Below are positions 1-9,395 of a stretch of 64,000 nucleotides of DNA, piece after piece; the stretch's first letter is position 1, and each line of letters starts with the position of its first letter. Location: the NCBI GenBank assembly GCA_965202805.1, contig OZ241869.1, positions 1,888,001 through 1,952,000 on the forward strand. Direction: 5' to 3'. The notes under the pieces were generated by a model. It did not search any database and was not told the DNA's origin. It saw only the letters and a list, made by a program, of their open reading frames with translations. The stretch is from Longimicrobiales bacterium. Its GTDB lineage: Bacteria; Gemmatimonadota; Gemmatimonadetes; Longimicrobiales; Gaopeijiaceae. Both the position numbers and the translations under genes were made by a program.

Positions 1-787
1 CCGGGTCAGGCGGGCGCCGCTTGGTGGTGATCTCGATCACGCCGCCCTGGGCCCGGGAGCCGTAGTGGGCCGCGGCGGCCGCGCCCTTGAGAACCTCGAT
101 GCGCTCGACATCCATGGGATCGATCCCGGCGGTGCTGTGGCCCGCGATGATCCCGTCCACGACGACCAGCGGCTGCTGCTCCGCCCCGCCCAGGGTGGCC
201 GGACCGCGCAGGAGAATGTCGGACTCCTGGCCGGGAAGGCCGCTTCCCCGCACCACTCTCCCGCCGGCCATCCCCCGGAGGAGGTTGGCGACGCTGCCGC
301 CGGCCGTCGCGGTGCGCAGCCGGTCGCCGCTCAGCTCCTCCACCGAGAAGGGAAGCTCGGCCCGCGACCGTTCGGAGGGCGTGCCGGTGACGACGAGCTC
401 GTCGAGCGCGAAGGCGCGCGGACCCACCTGCACGGCGACCTCGGTGGCCTCGTCGGGGTCGACCTCGACGGTGCGGGCCGCCAGTTCGCACCCCAGCGCG
501 TAGACCAGCAGCCGGTGCTCGCCGGGACGGACCGCGGCCAGCTCGAACCGCCCCTCGGCGTCGGTGTCCGCGCGCAGTCCCAGCTCGGGAAAGAGGACCT
601 GGACGCCGGGCACCACCGGACCACCGCTGTAGATGACCTGCCCGCTGACGCTTCCGGTGGCCTGCGGCGAGGCATCGACCGGAAGCAGCGCAAACAGCGC
701 GATGCTCGCGACGAGCGGGCTGAGCGGGCTCGACCGCAGGAGCGGGTTCAACCGCAGGAGCGGGTTCAACCGCAGGAGCGGGCTCAT
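1..787 (-). CDS. TonB-dependent receptor (SusC-like), N-terminal carboxypeptidase-like + plug domains; runs off window start
   Basis: Own translation from ATG 787 (not in ORF track, no stop in window): signal peptide, TGSVSGQV, LDELVVTG, QPLVVVDG, IDPMDVERIEVLKGAAAAAHYGSRAQGGVIEITTK plug signature. Confidence 0.88.
   Translation of the reverse strand, partial: MSPLLRLNPLLRLNPLLRSSPLSPLVASIALFALLPVDASPQATGSVSGQVIYSGGPVVPGVQVLFPELGLRADTDAEGRFELAAVRPGEHRLLVYALGCELAARTVEVDPDEATEVAVQVGPRAFALDELVVTGTPSERSRAELPFSVEELSGDRLRTATAGGSVANLLRGMAGGRVVRGSGLPGQESDILLRGPATLGGAEQQPLVVVDGIIAGHSTAGIDPMDVERIEVLKGAAAAAHYGSRAQGGVIEITTKRRPPDP
733..786. repeat. 18-nt tandem repeat x3 in the receptor N-terminus
   Basis: ACCGCAGGAGCGGGTTCA x2 + ACCGCAGGAGCGGGCTCA; encodes (S/N)PLLR(L) repeats on the minus strand. 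Confidence 0.9.
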
Positions 788-800
788 GTCCCGCGGTCCC

Positions 801-1436
801 TCAGAAGTTCAGCAGCAGCGCCGCAGTGAGGATCCGATCCTTGTGCGTGAGGTCTTCACCGAAGCGCGTAAACGATGTCTGGAGCTGCCGGAACTCCCCG
901 CGGAGCCCGATGCGGCTGTCCGCCCCGAAGCGGGCTTCCATCCCGCCCGCAAAGCTCCACGCGCCGTCAAACCCACGCGCATCGGGTCCGCCCTGCGGGT
1001 CGAAGACCCACTTGTACGACTTCCATCCTCCACCGACGGCACCGTAGGGCGAAACCGTCATGGCGCCCGCCGCGAGGGGAAGCCGGACCACGAAGTCGCC
1101 CTGAATGGTCCAGATGCGCGGATCGCGTCCCGATACGATGGACGAGCGGCCATCGGACGCCCCCAGGGTCCCGTGCTCCGTCGACAGGGCGTTGACCTGA
1201 ACGCCCATGTGGCGATGGAACCAGAAGTTGAGGGTGCCCCCGAGCAGAGTGGCGGTGTCGAACCCGCCGCCGTCCCGGAACCGGGTCGTGGGGTTCATCT
1301 GCCCGAAGATCAGACCCACCGATACGACGTCGTCGCCCGGCTCGGCCTGGCCCATGGAGCTGAACAACTGGGCCGAGAGGTCGGTGGCCGGAAGGGCGAA
1401 GAAAGAGAGGAAGGTGACCAACACGACGCGCTTCAT
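801..1436 (-). CDS. outer membrane beta-barrel protein (OmpA-like/porin family)
   Basis: GGAGGG RBS before ATG 1436; signal peptide MKRVVLVTFLSFFALPA; amphipathic strands, PYGAVGGG, C-terminal Phe. Confidence 0.75.
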   Translation of the reverse strand: MKRVVLVTFLSFFALPATDLSAQLFSSMGQAEPGDDVVSVGLIFGQMNPTTRFRDGGGFDTATLLGGTLNFWFHRHMGVQVNALSTEHGTLGASDGRSSIVSGRDPRIWTIQGDFVVRLPLAAGAMTVSPYGAVGGGWKSYKWVFDPQGGPDARGFDGAWSFAGGMEARFGADSRIGLRGEFRQLQTSFTRFGEDLTHKDRILTAALLLNF

Positions 1437-1588
1437 ATCGCCCTCCATGCCGAGAATGTACCGCATTCGCACAGTACGGCGCGGACGAGCGGTTTGTCAA
1501 AGACGGGGGCACGGGACGGCCCCGGGGGAAGATCCCGAAGGACCCTCCTCCCGGGGCCGGGAGACCTCAGCGGCGAGGGCCGGGGACC

Positions 1589-3025
1589 TCAGCCGCCCCG
1601 GTTCGACCGGCTCGCGTCCGTCGCCACGCCCGGGAGCTGCACGAAGCCGATGCCGCGTGCGTCGTCCCACTCGACCACGGTGCCGTGCGGCTCCGAGGCG
1701 TCGATCAGGTCCTGAATGATCTTCCTGCCCAGCTCGCGGTCCGCGAACATCGGTCGGCCGCGCACCGTCGCGGGCTGCCCGAATCCCAGCGAGATGGGGT
1801 GCAGCTCGAGGCTGACCAGCTCCTCGCCCCGGAAGGTGGGCATGGCAACCACCGATTCCCATATCTCTGCCCGCGCGGGGAAACCGATCGTCTCGTTCTG
1901 GTAGCGCACCTGGTTGAAGTCGGCCACCCAGGCGTTCCCGTCGCCCTCCAGTCCAAGGCCGGCGTAGTTGTCGTAGGGAAGCCGCAGCAGCGTCTCGTTC
2001 TGGAAGATGAAGTCGCCCAGCGAGTACAGGATGGGCTTGCCCTGGTAGATGTCGATTCCGGTGAGGTAATGGGGTCCGTGCCCCACGAACACGTCCGCCC
2101 CGGCATCGATCATCGCGTGCGCGAACTTCTTCAGGTACGGGCCCTGGTTGTGCGCGTGGATGGTCACCACCACGTATTCGGCCAGCCGCGAGGCGTTGTT
2201 CACGACCGCCGCGATCTCCGCCATGTCCTCGGGATCCGGGTCGCTGTCGACGCGGGACTCGTCGCCCGGATGAAGCACCGTGCCGAACAGGTTGAGCGGC
2301 TCGCCCGGGGCCCCGAGCTCGTCCCGCTGCCCGAGTGCCTCGAGGTCCATGCCCTGGACCGACCGGCGCAGTTCTTCGAGCTGACCCCGCTCCACGTAGC
2401 GCGTCGTGATCACGTGCAGCGGGTTGAGGCCGGGACGTCCGCGCACTCCGCCCTTGGCCGGACCGGCGACGGAGTGGGGCGGGAAGGCCGACGACACCGA
2501 GATCAGCGCGACGCGGCCATCGTGCGTCTCGAGGAAGCGGGCCTCGCGCGCCTCGGCCAGGTTCTCCCCGGTCCCCGCGGTGAGCAGGCCGGCCGCTTCC
2601 GAGTGCCGGCGGGTGATCCGGTGCCCGTCCGCGGCGTAGTCGCCGGTGTGGTTGTTCGCCATCGACACCATGTCGAACCCGGCCCAGACCAGCTCGTTGG
2701 CCAGATTCGGGTCCGCGCGCATCCAGGTGCCGCCGCTGGAGGCGGCCGGATACGGCTCGTAGTCGTGGAAGAGCACCTCGAGGTTGACGAACGAGGCGTC
2801 CGCGCTCCGCACGAGCTCGATCATGTCGAGGTACATGGGCTCCTTGTAGGGCGAGAGCCGCCGGGTGATGATGGCGTCTCCCGTGAGCGCCACCGTGAAC
2901 ATGCCGTCGGCGGACAGGCTTCCGGACGGATCCTGGGCGGCGGCCTCGGTGGGGCCCGCGAAGGCCATGGGGGTGAACGCGAAGCCGATGATCGCGAAGC
3001 CGAAGAACACGGAACGTTTGAGCAT
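1589..3025 (-). CDS. CapA family (PGA_cap) metallophosphoesterase, exported
   Basis: AGGAGG RBS; signal peptide; TGD, NLE, SMANNHTGDY, AGADVFVGHGPH, YSLGDFIF motifs. Confidence 0.88.
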   Translation of the reverse strand: MLKRSVFFGFAIIGFAFTPMAFAGPTEAAAQDPSGSLSADGMFTVALTGDAIITRRLSPYKEPMYLDMIELVRSADASFVNLEVLFHDYEPYPAASSGGTWMRADPNLANELVWAGFDMVSMANNHTGDYAADGHRITRRHSEAAGLLTAGTGENLAEAREARFLETHDGRVALISVSSAFPPHSVAGPAKGGVRGRPGLNPLHVITTRYVERGQLEELRRSVQGMDLEALGQRDELGAPGEPLNLFGTVLHPGDESRVDSDPDPEDMAEIAAVVNNASRLAEYVVVTIHAHNQGPYLKKFAHAMIDAGADVFVGHGPHYLTGIDIYQGKPILYSLGDFIFQNETLLRLPYDNYAGLGLEGDGNAWVADFNQVRYQNETIGFPARAEIWESVVAMPTFRGEELVSLELHPISLGFGQPATVRGRPMFADRELGRKIIQDLIDASEPHGTVVEWDDARGIGFVQLPGVATDASRSNRGG

Positions 3026-3154
3026 GCCACTCCTCCTGAAAAAATGCCGGCTGCTCGGGAGCCGGTTGGCCCGGCTGCCTCGGACCGGCATAGTAAGGGA
3101 GTAGTGGGTCTTCTGGCGAGTTGAAACCGAGGGAACGCATCCGGGACGAAGCCG

Positions 3155-3496
3155 ATGCTCGGAATGACGACATTCGTGGGAGCCGTCTGGCTCTGGCTGC
3201 TGCTGGTCGCGCGTCACCGGATCGAATCGGGCAGGCCGCCGAGCCACCCCGAGAGCCGGACCTCGCTTGGATGGGTGCGCGCGGCGCATGCCGTGGGCGG
3301 TTTGTTCGGCGGATTCCTGGGAGGATCGTTCGGAGGCTGGTCGGAGACGATCGCTCTCGCCGTGGCCCTGGGCATTTTCTCCGCCGCCCTCGTCCCGCAC
3401 CAGAAGCGCCTCTGGTCGGGCACGGTCCGGGATCTCCGGATCCAGGCGCCCGACGACGAGACGGAACGGGCGTGGGACGCTGATTCTCGGCCGTAG
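3155..3496 (+). CDS. small hypothetical membrane protein
   Basis: 113 aa ORF with about three hydrophobic segments filling the gap between capA-like and MNT genes. Confidence 0.45.
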   Translation: MLGMTTFVGAVWLWLLLVARHRIESGRPPSHPESRTSLGWVRAAHAVGGLFGGFLGGSFGGWSETIALAVALGIFSAALVPHQKRLWSGTVRDLRIQAPDDETERAWDADSRP

Positions 3497-3558
3497 CGGA
3501 CAGCCTGAGGTTCCCTGCTCGATCACATCGCGGGCACGGTTTGATCGGACCTCCGAAG

Positions 3559-3593
3559 AGTAGTATCATCGTGACATGTCGAGTGATACTACT
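3559..3593. promoter_or_regulatory. inverted repeat (probable autoregulatory operator) over the MNT start codon
   Basis: AGTAGTATCA (3559-3568) / TGATACTACT (3584-3593), perfect 10-bp arms, AT-rich; GACATGTC palindrome between them contains the ATG. Confidence 0.65.
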
Positions 3594-4271
3594 GTCGAAT
3601 CCCGGGCATCCCGGGAGGCTCGCGCATCCGGCGCATCCCGGAAAGCCCGCGCATCCCGCGCATCCGGCGAATCCCGGAAAGCCCGCGAGTCCCGCGCATC
3701 CCGGGCATCCCGCGAATCGCGCGCCCCCTCGGGCCGCTTCGTCCTGCGCATCGATCCCGGAGTGCACGGGCATCTGCGGGAGGCCGCGCACGCAGCGGGT
3801 GCGTCCCTTAATGAATACTGTGCGCGCAAGCTGGCGGCGCCCGGGACGTGGCTGGACGAAGAGGCCTCCTCGATCGTCGAGCGCGCCGCATCCATCCTCG
3901 GCGAGGCGCTGGTCGGCGTCGTGGCCTTCGGCTCGTGGGTGCGCGGCGAGCACGATTCGACCTCGGATTTCGATGTTCTCCTGGCCGCGGCCGACGATCT
4001 GCCGGTTTCGCGAGACCTGTACCGGCGCTGGGACGATGCCACCGGGCTCTCCTGGCAAGGCCTTGAGGTGGAGCCCCATTTCGTCCATCTCCTGCCCGAA
4101 GGGGAGGTGCCTTCCGGGCTTTGGGCGGAGGTCGCCACGGATGGCGTGATCCTGTTCGAGCGGGGCTTCGAGGTGTCGCGCCGCCTCGCCGAGGTGCGCA
4201 GGCGGATCGCGGACGGGGACATCGTCCGCCGCCTCGCCCGGGGGCAGCCCTACTGGGTGCGGGCCGGGTGA
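3576..4271 (+). CDS. HicB-like RHH domain fused to minimal nucleotidyltransferase (MNT antitoxin)
   Basis: GRFVLRIDPGVHGHLREAAHAAGASLNEYC (HicB-type RHH); FGSWVRGEHDSTSDFDVLL (GS..DxD nucleotidyltransferase). Confidence 0.85.
   Translation: MSSDTTVESRASREARASGASRKARASRASGESRKARESRASRASRESRAPSGRFVLRIDPGVHGHLREAAHAAGASLNEYCARKLAAPGTWLDEEASSIVERAASILGEALVGVVAFGSWVRGEHDSTSDFDVLLAAADDLPVSRDLYRRWDDATGLSWQGLEVEPHFVHLLPEGEVPSGLWAEVATDGVILFERGFEVSRRLAEVRRRIADGDIVRRLARGQPYWVRAG
3597..3722 (+). repeat. degenerate 9-nt tandem repeat, about 14 units, in-frame
   Basis: GCATCCCGG / GAATCCCGG / AAAGCCCGC units encoding ASR/ESR/KAR. Confidence 0.85.
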
Positions 4272-4702
4272 TGCGAAACCCCGGGCTGGCCCGCGACTAT
4301 CTCCGGCGGGCGAAGATCCGGCTTGCGGCCCTCGACGTTCTGTTCGAAGGGGAGAGCTGGGCCGACGTGGTCCGCGAATCGCAGGAGATCGTCGAGCTCG
4401 CGCTGAAGGGACTGCTGCGGTTCCGCGGCATCGACCCGCCCCGCGCGCACGACGTCTCGGAGGTGTTGCTCGCGGAGCGGGATCGCCTGCCGGTCGGGAT
4501 CGAGCGCGAGGTCGAATCGCTGGCGGACTGGTCCCGGCACCTGCGGCGGGACCGCGAACTCGCGTTCTATGGAGCGGAGGATCTGACGCCGTCCGGCTTC
4601 TATTCGCGGGAGGACGCGGTTCACGCCCGCGCCAGCGCGCGCGGCACGGTCGAGCTGGTGTATCCGGCCGTGATGGATCCCGCGGACTCCGCAGGCGGCT
4701 GA
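4271..4702 (+). CDS. HEPN domain protein (partner of MNT)
   Basis: TGATG coupling to MNT; SQEIVELALKGLL, PPRAHDVSEVL, RRDRELAFYG typical of the HEPN family. Confidence 0.85.
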   Translation: MRNPGLARDYLRRAKIRLAALDVLFEGESWADVVRESQEIVELALKGLLRFRGIDPPRAHDVSEVLLAERDRLPVGIEREVESLADWSRHLRRDRELAFYGAEDLTPSGFYSREDAVHARASARGTVELVYPAVMDPADSAGG

Positions 4703-4916
4703 GTTCCGTCACCGGCCGAGGTCGCGCTCACCGCGATGACGGCCGCGGAAAACCTCCGGGCCGCCCGTTTTTCGGGCATTTGTTAACCAGACGGGCGTAC
4801 CGAACGTTCTACAGGGTGGACTAAGGGGTGCCCGGTGTTGGCGAACGGGGCATCCCGACCCTCCGGCGAGATCCGCTGGAGGATGGCTCTGCAAGCTACC
4901 AGACGAGAGGTGACAA

Positions 4917-5309
4917 GTGGATGACGTAGTGATGACACTGGGACTGTTCGCAGCCGTCGTGGGGATCGTCTGGCTGAGGGCCAGGGTGCATCAGGCTCGG
5001 CTGGCCAGGCAGGCCGAGACCCAGCAGCAATTGCTGGCCAAGTTCCAGTCGGGCAGCGAACTCGTGGAGTTCATCGAAACGGAGGACGGCAAGCAGTTCC
5101 TGCGTCAGTTCGAGTCCGACCCGAATCGCATGATCCTGGTCGTTCTTTCCGCAGGAATCGTCTCGACGGTGCTGGGGTTCGGCCTCCTCGTGCTCATGAT
5201 CTGGGAAGACGGCTTTCTCTTCCCCGGCGTCGGGACGACGGCGCTCGGCGCCGGCCTCATCGCTGCGGCCATCATCTCGAAGAAGCTGTCGGACCAGTGG
5301 CGTCAGTAG
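4917..5309 (+). CDS. hypothetical membrane protein (3 TM), first gene of ECF operon
   Basis: N-terminal TM, charged linker, two C-terminal TMs; stop 3 nt before the sigma factor start. Confidence 0.75.
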   Translation: MDDVVMTLGLFAAVVGIVWLRARVHQARLARQAETQQQLLAKFQSGSELVEFIETEDGKQFLRQFESDPNRMILVVLSAGIVSTVLGFGLLVLMIWEDGFLFPGVGTTALGAGLIAAAIISKKLSDQWRQ

Positions 5310-5312
5310 CGA

Positions 5313-5816
5313 ATGCATGAGGACGAGGCCGCGTTCCGCCGGGTCTACGAGCGTACGGCGCCGCGGCTTCGAGCGTACCTGCATCTGGCGGTGAGGGATC
5401 CGGCGCTGGCGGACGACGTTCTGCAGGAAGCCTACTACCGCCTGCTCCGGGCCGACATGAAGGATGCAGCCATCGGCCAGGTGAGGTCATACCTGTACAA
5501 GACGGCCCGGACGCTGGTTGCCGACCACGGACGGAGAGCGGGTCGCGAGCGAAGACGGCAACGGAGATGGAACTCGTCGGTTTCGGAGAGCCCGAGGCAT
5601 GACCTGACGCTCGACATGCAGCGCCTCTTCGCCCGGCTCTCGGAGAGGGAGCAGACGCTTCTCTGGCTCGCGTATGTGGAGGGTGCCAGCCACCGGGAGA
5701 TCGCAGCTTCATTGGGCATGCGGACGAACAGCGTCCGCGTCGTGCTCTACCGCGCGCGAAAGAGGTTGGCGGAGATTCTGGAGGGCCACGGATGGGGCCC
5801 GGAGGAGGCATCATGA
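5313..5816 (+). CDS. ECF RNA polymerase sigma-70 factor
   Basis: ADDVLQEAY (region 2); LSEREQTLLWLAYVEGASHREIAASLG...VRVVLYRARKRL (region 4). Confidence 0.92.
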   Translation: MHEDEAAFRRVYERTAPRLRAYLHLAVRDPALADDVLQEAYYRLLRADMKDAAIGQVRSYLYKTARTLVADHGRRAGRERRRQRRWNSSVSESPRHDLTLDMQRLFARLSEREQTLLWLAYVEGASHREIAASLGMRTNSVRVVLYRARKRLAEILEGHGWGPEEAS

Positions 5817-6307
5817 TACCGGATCCATGTCCCGGAGCGGAATCCGTGTCTGAAGGGGCACGGGCCGGAAGATCGAGCGAGGAGCTTGCGGCGCACCTGG
5901 CGGAGGGCGATTCGTCCCGGGAGTCCGGCCGAGTGGCTCGATGGATGGCCGAGCTCGCCGAGACGGTGAACGCCCGGGCGACTTCCCTGCCCGATCCCGG
6001 CCTCATCTGGCTCAAGGCGCGGATTCGCAAGCGGTCCGAGGAGTCGTGGAGCACACTGCTTCCGATAGGGGTTGCGTGTGGGGCGGCGGCCATCGGATTG
6101 GGAGCGATTGTCGCACGCCTTCCCGGAGCGATTCTCGCAGGCCTTCCGACGGAGGCCTGGAGGTGGCTCCAGGAATGGCTGCCGAGCGCAGGCATCCCGG
6201 GGTGGGAGCTTCCCAGCCTCGCGCCTCCCGGGCCACTTGCGATCGCGTGGATGCCCGCCGCCATCCTGCTGATGCTTCTTCTGGTGTTCACCGCCAGCGA
6301 AGCGTAA
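5813..6307 (+). CDS. putative membrane-anchored anti-sigma factor
   Basis: ATGA overlap with sigma stop; soluble N-terminus with degenerate ZAS-like HL motif, two TM segments. Confidence 0.6.
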   Translation: MIPDPCPGAESVSEGARAGRSSEELAAHLAEGDSSRESGRVARWMAELAETVNARATSLPDPGLIWLKARIRKRSEESWSTLLPIGVACGAAAIGLGAIVARLPGAILAGLPTEAWRWLQEWLPSAGIPGWELPSLAPPGPLAIAWMPAAILLMLLLVFTASEA

Positions 6308-6396
6308 GCCGGTCCGGGGCCTTGGCCGGTCCGGGGCTCTAACCGGGCTCGGGCTCGGGATGGTGCTCCGGCTGCGCCGGGAGACGTGCCGGGCGC

Positions 6397-7752
6397 TCAC
6401 CGCACGTCGGTCGGCAGCCTCCGCACGACCACGCTTGGCACATCCAGGTCGTCAAGCTCGATAAACGCCGCCAGGCCGTCCGGGCCGAAGGCGTCGGGCA
6501 TACCGGTTTCGCCGCTACCATAGGTGCCGACGTATTCACCGGTGGCGGTCAGTACGTCGATCGGACCATCCTCGAGGACTTCGTCGCCCTCGCGCATGAC
6601 CCATATCCGCCCCTCCCATGTAGTGTGCAGCCGGCGGATTACGGGGATGACCGGATAGAAGGACTCCGCCCGAAGCTCGATGCCGATGCCGCTCGTGGGG
6701 GTGATGGACTGCGATCGCCGCTCTTCCATCTTCCTCCTGTACTCCCTCTCGATCCGCCGCGTCACCGGCTCGGGAGGAAAGGGCCGGATGATCGTCCTGA
6801 CCGTCCGCCCACCGCCGGGACCGGTGATCTTCAATGCATAGGCCGAAGAATCGGCGTAGACGATCGCTCCGTCCGGCAGCGCGGCCATGCGCACGGTCGG
6901 TTCGAAGACGGGAGGGGGAGAGAGTATGCTCGCGCTCGCTTCCAGTTGGCTGCGCAGCTCCCTGGACAAGAGGTCCGACACATCGCCGGGGCCGGTTACG
7001 TTGACGCTGCTCTGTCCGTCGCCGCGTGGGGGATTCCAGGCGCGCACGGCCACGCTGGTTTCGGCATCCTCTCCGCCGAGGCGATGATGCTCGATGGTCC
7101 GGAACCCCAGCCCCGGTTCTTCCGGTGCCGTGCCCTCGGGCGTCTCTGCGTCGCCCAGCGAGTACACGGCCCCACCGCGAGGATCCGCATGGATGGTCCG
7201 CACCACGGTGGACGTCACGGTCAGATTGCCCGCCTGACGGCGCGTCGTCGCCGGGCGCATGCGAACCATGCGCAGGAATTCGCCGGAAGGACCGAAGAGC
7301 TGGTACGCGTTATGCCCCATATCGCTTATGACCACTGTACCGTCGCGTAGAACCGCGTAGCTGCCGGGCCGCCGGAATTCCCCCGGTCCTCCGCCCATGG
7401 ATCCGAAGTCGCGCAGGTAGGCGCCCGAGCTGTCGAAGATGACGACGCGCAGATCCGCACGGGCGACATCGGCCGCACGATCGAACACGTAGAGGTTGCC
7501 CTCGGCGTCGAAGGCCACCCTGGCGATCCATGAGAAGGTCTCCCAGTACGCGCCGTCCACGACGCCGACCCGGTAGACCTCCTCGAACTCGGGGACGATT
7601 CGGTGATCCCGGCCGGGCAGTTCGATGACCGCCTGTGCATGGAGGGCGGGGGACCCGATAGCGAGGATCATCCCCGGGAGGATCATGCCGGGGAGGATCA
7701 GGCCCGCGAGGATCAGGCCCGGAGCGAATTCACGAAGCCGCGTAGGCGTCAT
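6397..7752 (-). CDS. exported 6-bladed beta-propeller (NHL-like) protein
   Basis: Start MTPTRLRE overlaps upstream stop; signal peptide; [24 protein letters not shown] motifs. Confidence 0.82.
   Translation of the reverse strand: MTPTRLREFAPGLILAGLILPGMILPGMILAIGSPALHAQAVIELPGRDHRIVPEFEEVYRVGVVDGAYWETFSWIARVAFDAEGNLYVFDRAADVARADLRVVIFDSSGAYLRDFGSMGGGPGEFRRPGSYAVLRDGTVVISDMGHNAYQLFGPSGEFLRMVRMRPATTRRQAGNLTVTSTVVRTIHADPRGGAVYSLGDAETPEGTAPEEPGLGFRTIEHHRLGGEDAETSVAVRAWNPPRGDGQSSVNVTGPGDVSDLLSRELRSQLEASASILSPPPVFEPTVRMAALPDGAIVYADSSAYALKITGPGGGRTVRTIIRPFPPEPVTRRIEREYRRKMEERRSQSITPTSGIGIELRAESFYPVIPVIRRLHTTWEGRIWVMREGDEVLEDGPIDVLTATGEYVGTYGSGETGMPDAFGPDGLAAFIELDDLDVPSVVVRRLPTDVR
7663..7722. repeat. 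15-nt tandem repeat x4 in signal peptide
   Basis: GAGGATCA-N7 units; encodes [17 protein letters not shown] on the minus strand. Confidence 0.85.
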
Positions 7753-9167
7753 CGCAGCAGCGCCTCCAGCTCCTCGGGCGATCGCGGCAGCGAGGCGGTC
7801 AGGATTTCCGCGCCGTCCTCGGTGACCAGGATCACGTCCTCCACGAAGACCGCGATGCCGATGTCGTGGTTGTAGTACCAGGGCTCGACGGTGAAGACCA
7901 TGCCGGGCGCGAGCGGCTCGTCCATGAGCGCGGGGTCGCCCGCCGACAGGCCGATGTGGTGGCCGAAGAACGAACCCGTCTGCATGTGGGGCTCCTCTTC
8001 GTCGGGAATGGCGGCGTAGGCCACGGAGGTGAGTTCGCGCAGGGTGACGCCGGGCCGGACCGCGGCGATGATCGCGTCGGCGGCCCGCGTGCTTACCAGC
8101 AGCTTCTCCCGCTGGATGTCCGTGAAGGTCCCGTTTACCGGGAAGGTGCGCCCGACGTCGCTGATGTAGCCGTCCACCTCGCAGCCGACGTCGAGGATCA
8201 CCAGGTCGCCGTCCTCCATTCTGCGGTTGCGGCGGTCGTAGTGGGCCGCCAGCAGACGCCAGGGCCACAGGCTGTTGGGACCTGACTTGATGATGGGCGT
8301 GAAGGGGAGCGATTGGGACCCGAAGGTGCGGCAGGTATTCTCGAACTCCCCCTGAAGCGTGCGCTCGTCGACGCCGGGACGGATGCGCCAGGCGACCGAC
8401 TGGATGCCCGCCATGGTCGCGTCGGCGGCGACGCGCATGTGATCGATTTCGGCAGGGGTCTTGATCATGCGCAGGCGCGCGATGACGTCGAAGGCATTGG
8501 CGATTTCCGCGTCCGGATAGTCGGTGCTCAGCCGGAGGGTGAGCGATGCCGTCGCGTCCAGGCTTCCGATCAGCGGGACGGCCGGGGGCGTGATCTCCCC
8601 GGTCGATCCCGAGTTCACCCGCAGGACCGCTCCGCCACGCACCCGCGTCCCGAGGAAGGCGTCGAGGTCGGCGATGTCCCGGTACTCGTCGATGCCCGCG
8701 ATGCTGCGCAGCTGATAGTCGGTGAGAAGCGGGCGCCCGGGGAAGTCGTTGGGCCGCCCCGGATTCTCGAAACGCGGGTCCCGCCGGGGCATGAAGAGGA
8801 TCGAGCGGTCCCGGTCGGCGTCGAGAACCAGCATGGAATGCACGACCTCGAGGCCGGTCAGGTACCAGAAATCCTCCAGCTGCCGGAAGGTCTCGCCGCG
8901 GGTGACACCATCGGAGGACGGCGTGAGCAGGAGTCCGCCCCCGCTGGCGCGCAGGCCGTCCAGGATGCGCGCGCGGCGGTACGCGTACTCCTGGGCCCGG
9001 AATTCCAGCCGGGTCCAGTCGGTGTAGCGCTGCTCGGGGGTCTGGGCGGCGAGGGGTGCCGCCAGGACCGGGATGCCTCCATCCGGGCCGCTGCCGACGG
9101 ACAGAACGGGGCTCGCGCATGCGAGAATGGGCACGATGACGCCGCGGCGAAGCACTCTGGCCGACAT
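7749..9167 (-). CDS. Xaa-Pro aminopeptidase (M24B), exported
   Basis: [12 protein letters not shown] (AMP_N), [45 protein letters not shown]. Confidence 0.9.
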   Translation of the reverse strand: MSARVLRRGVIVPILACASPVLSVGSGPDGGIPVLAAPLAAQTPEQRYTDWTRLEFRAQEYAYRRARILDGLRASGGGLLLTPSSDGVTRGETFRQLEDFWYLTGLEVVHSMLVLDADRDRSILFMPRRDPRFENPGRPNDFPGRPLLTDYQLRSIAGIDEYRDIADLDAFLGTRVRGGAVLRVNSGSTGEITPPAVPLIGSLDATASLTLRLSTDYPDAEIANAFDVIARLRMIKTPAEIDHMRVAADATMAGIQSVAWRIRPGVDERTLQGEFENTCRTFGSQSLPFTPIIKSGPNSLWPWRLLAAHYDRRNRRMEDGDLVILDVGCEVDGYISDVGRTFPVNGTFTDIQREKLLVSTRAADAIIAAVRPGVTLRELTSVAYAAIPDEEEPHMQTGSFFGHHIGLSAGDPALMDEPLAPGMVFTVEPWYYNHDIGIAVFVEDVILVTEDGAEILTASLPRSPEELEALLR

Positions 9168-9395
9168 GATTCACGATCCCCTGTCGAAAGACTGATGCGG
9201 TTCCGGGCAACTTGGCAGCCGGGGCGGGCGCCGTCCATGGCGCGCGGCACCGGGGCAGCCGAACGCCGACGGGTCCGTGCGTGTCCGGCAAGGGGAGCGG
9301 GCGTCGGAAATCGGCATCCCGGCGCCCCTACTCCACAGCGTGGGAAGACGGTACACTTTCCCGTCCCTGCACACTATCGCCCGAGGATCACTACG

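Noticed and set aside
1518..1558. Intrinsic terminator after the capA-like gene
   Set aside because: GC stem present, but long loop and no adjacent U-tract; such stems are common by chance at this GC content
1589..3025. Poly-gamma-glutamate capsule locus
   Set aside because: Only a CapA-family gene; no capB/capC
1497..4712. 1071-aa minus-strand ORF and similar long Arg/Pro/Gly-rich ORFs (e.g. 29960-32674, 39554-41707, 14478-16454)
   Set aside because: Shadow frames of high-GC genes that overlap well-supported CDSs and lack motifs
8313..9395. N-terminal extension of the VPS10-like ORF (likewise track starts at 3526, 9291, 18475, 29853, 62462)
   Set aside because: Extensions overlap other real genes; downstream starts with RBS, signal peptide or stop overlap fit better
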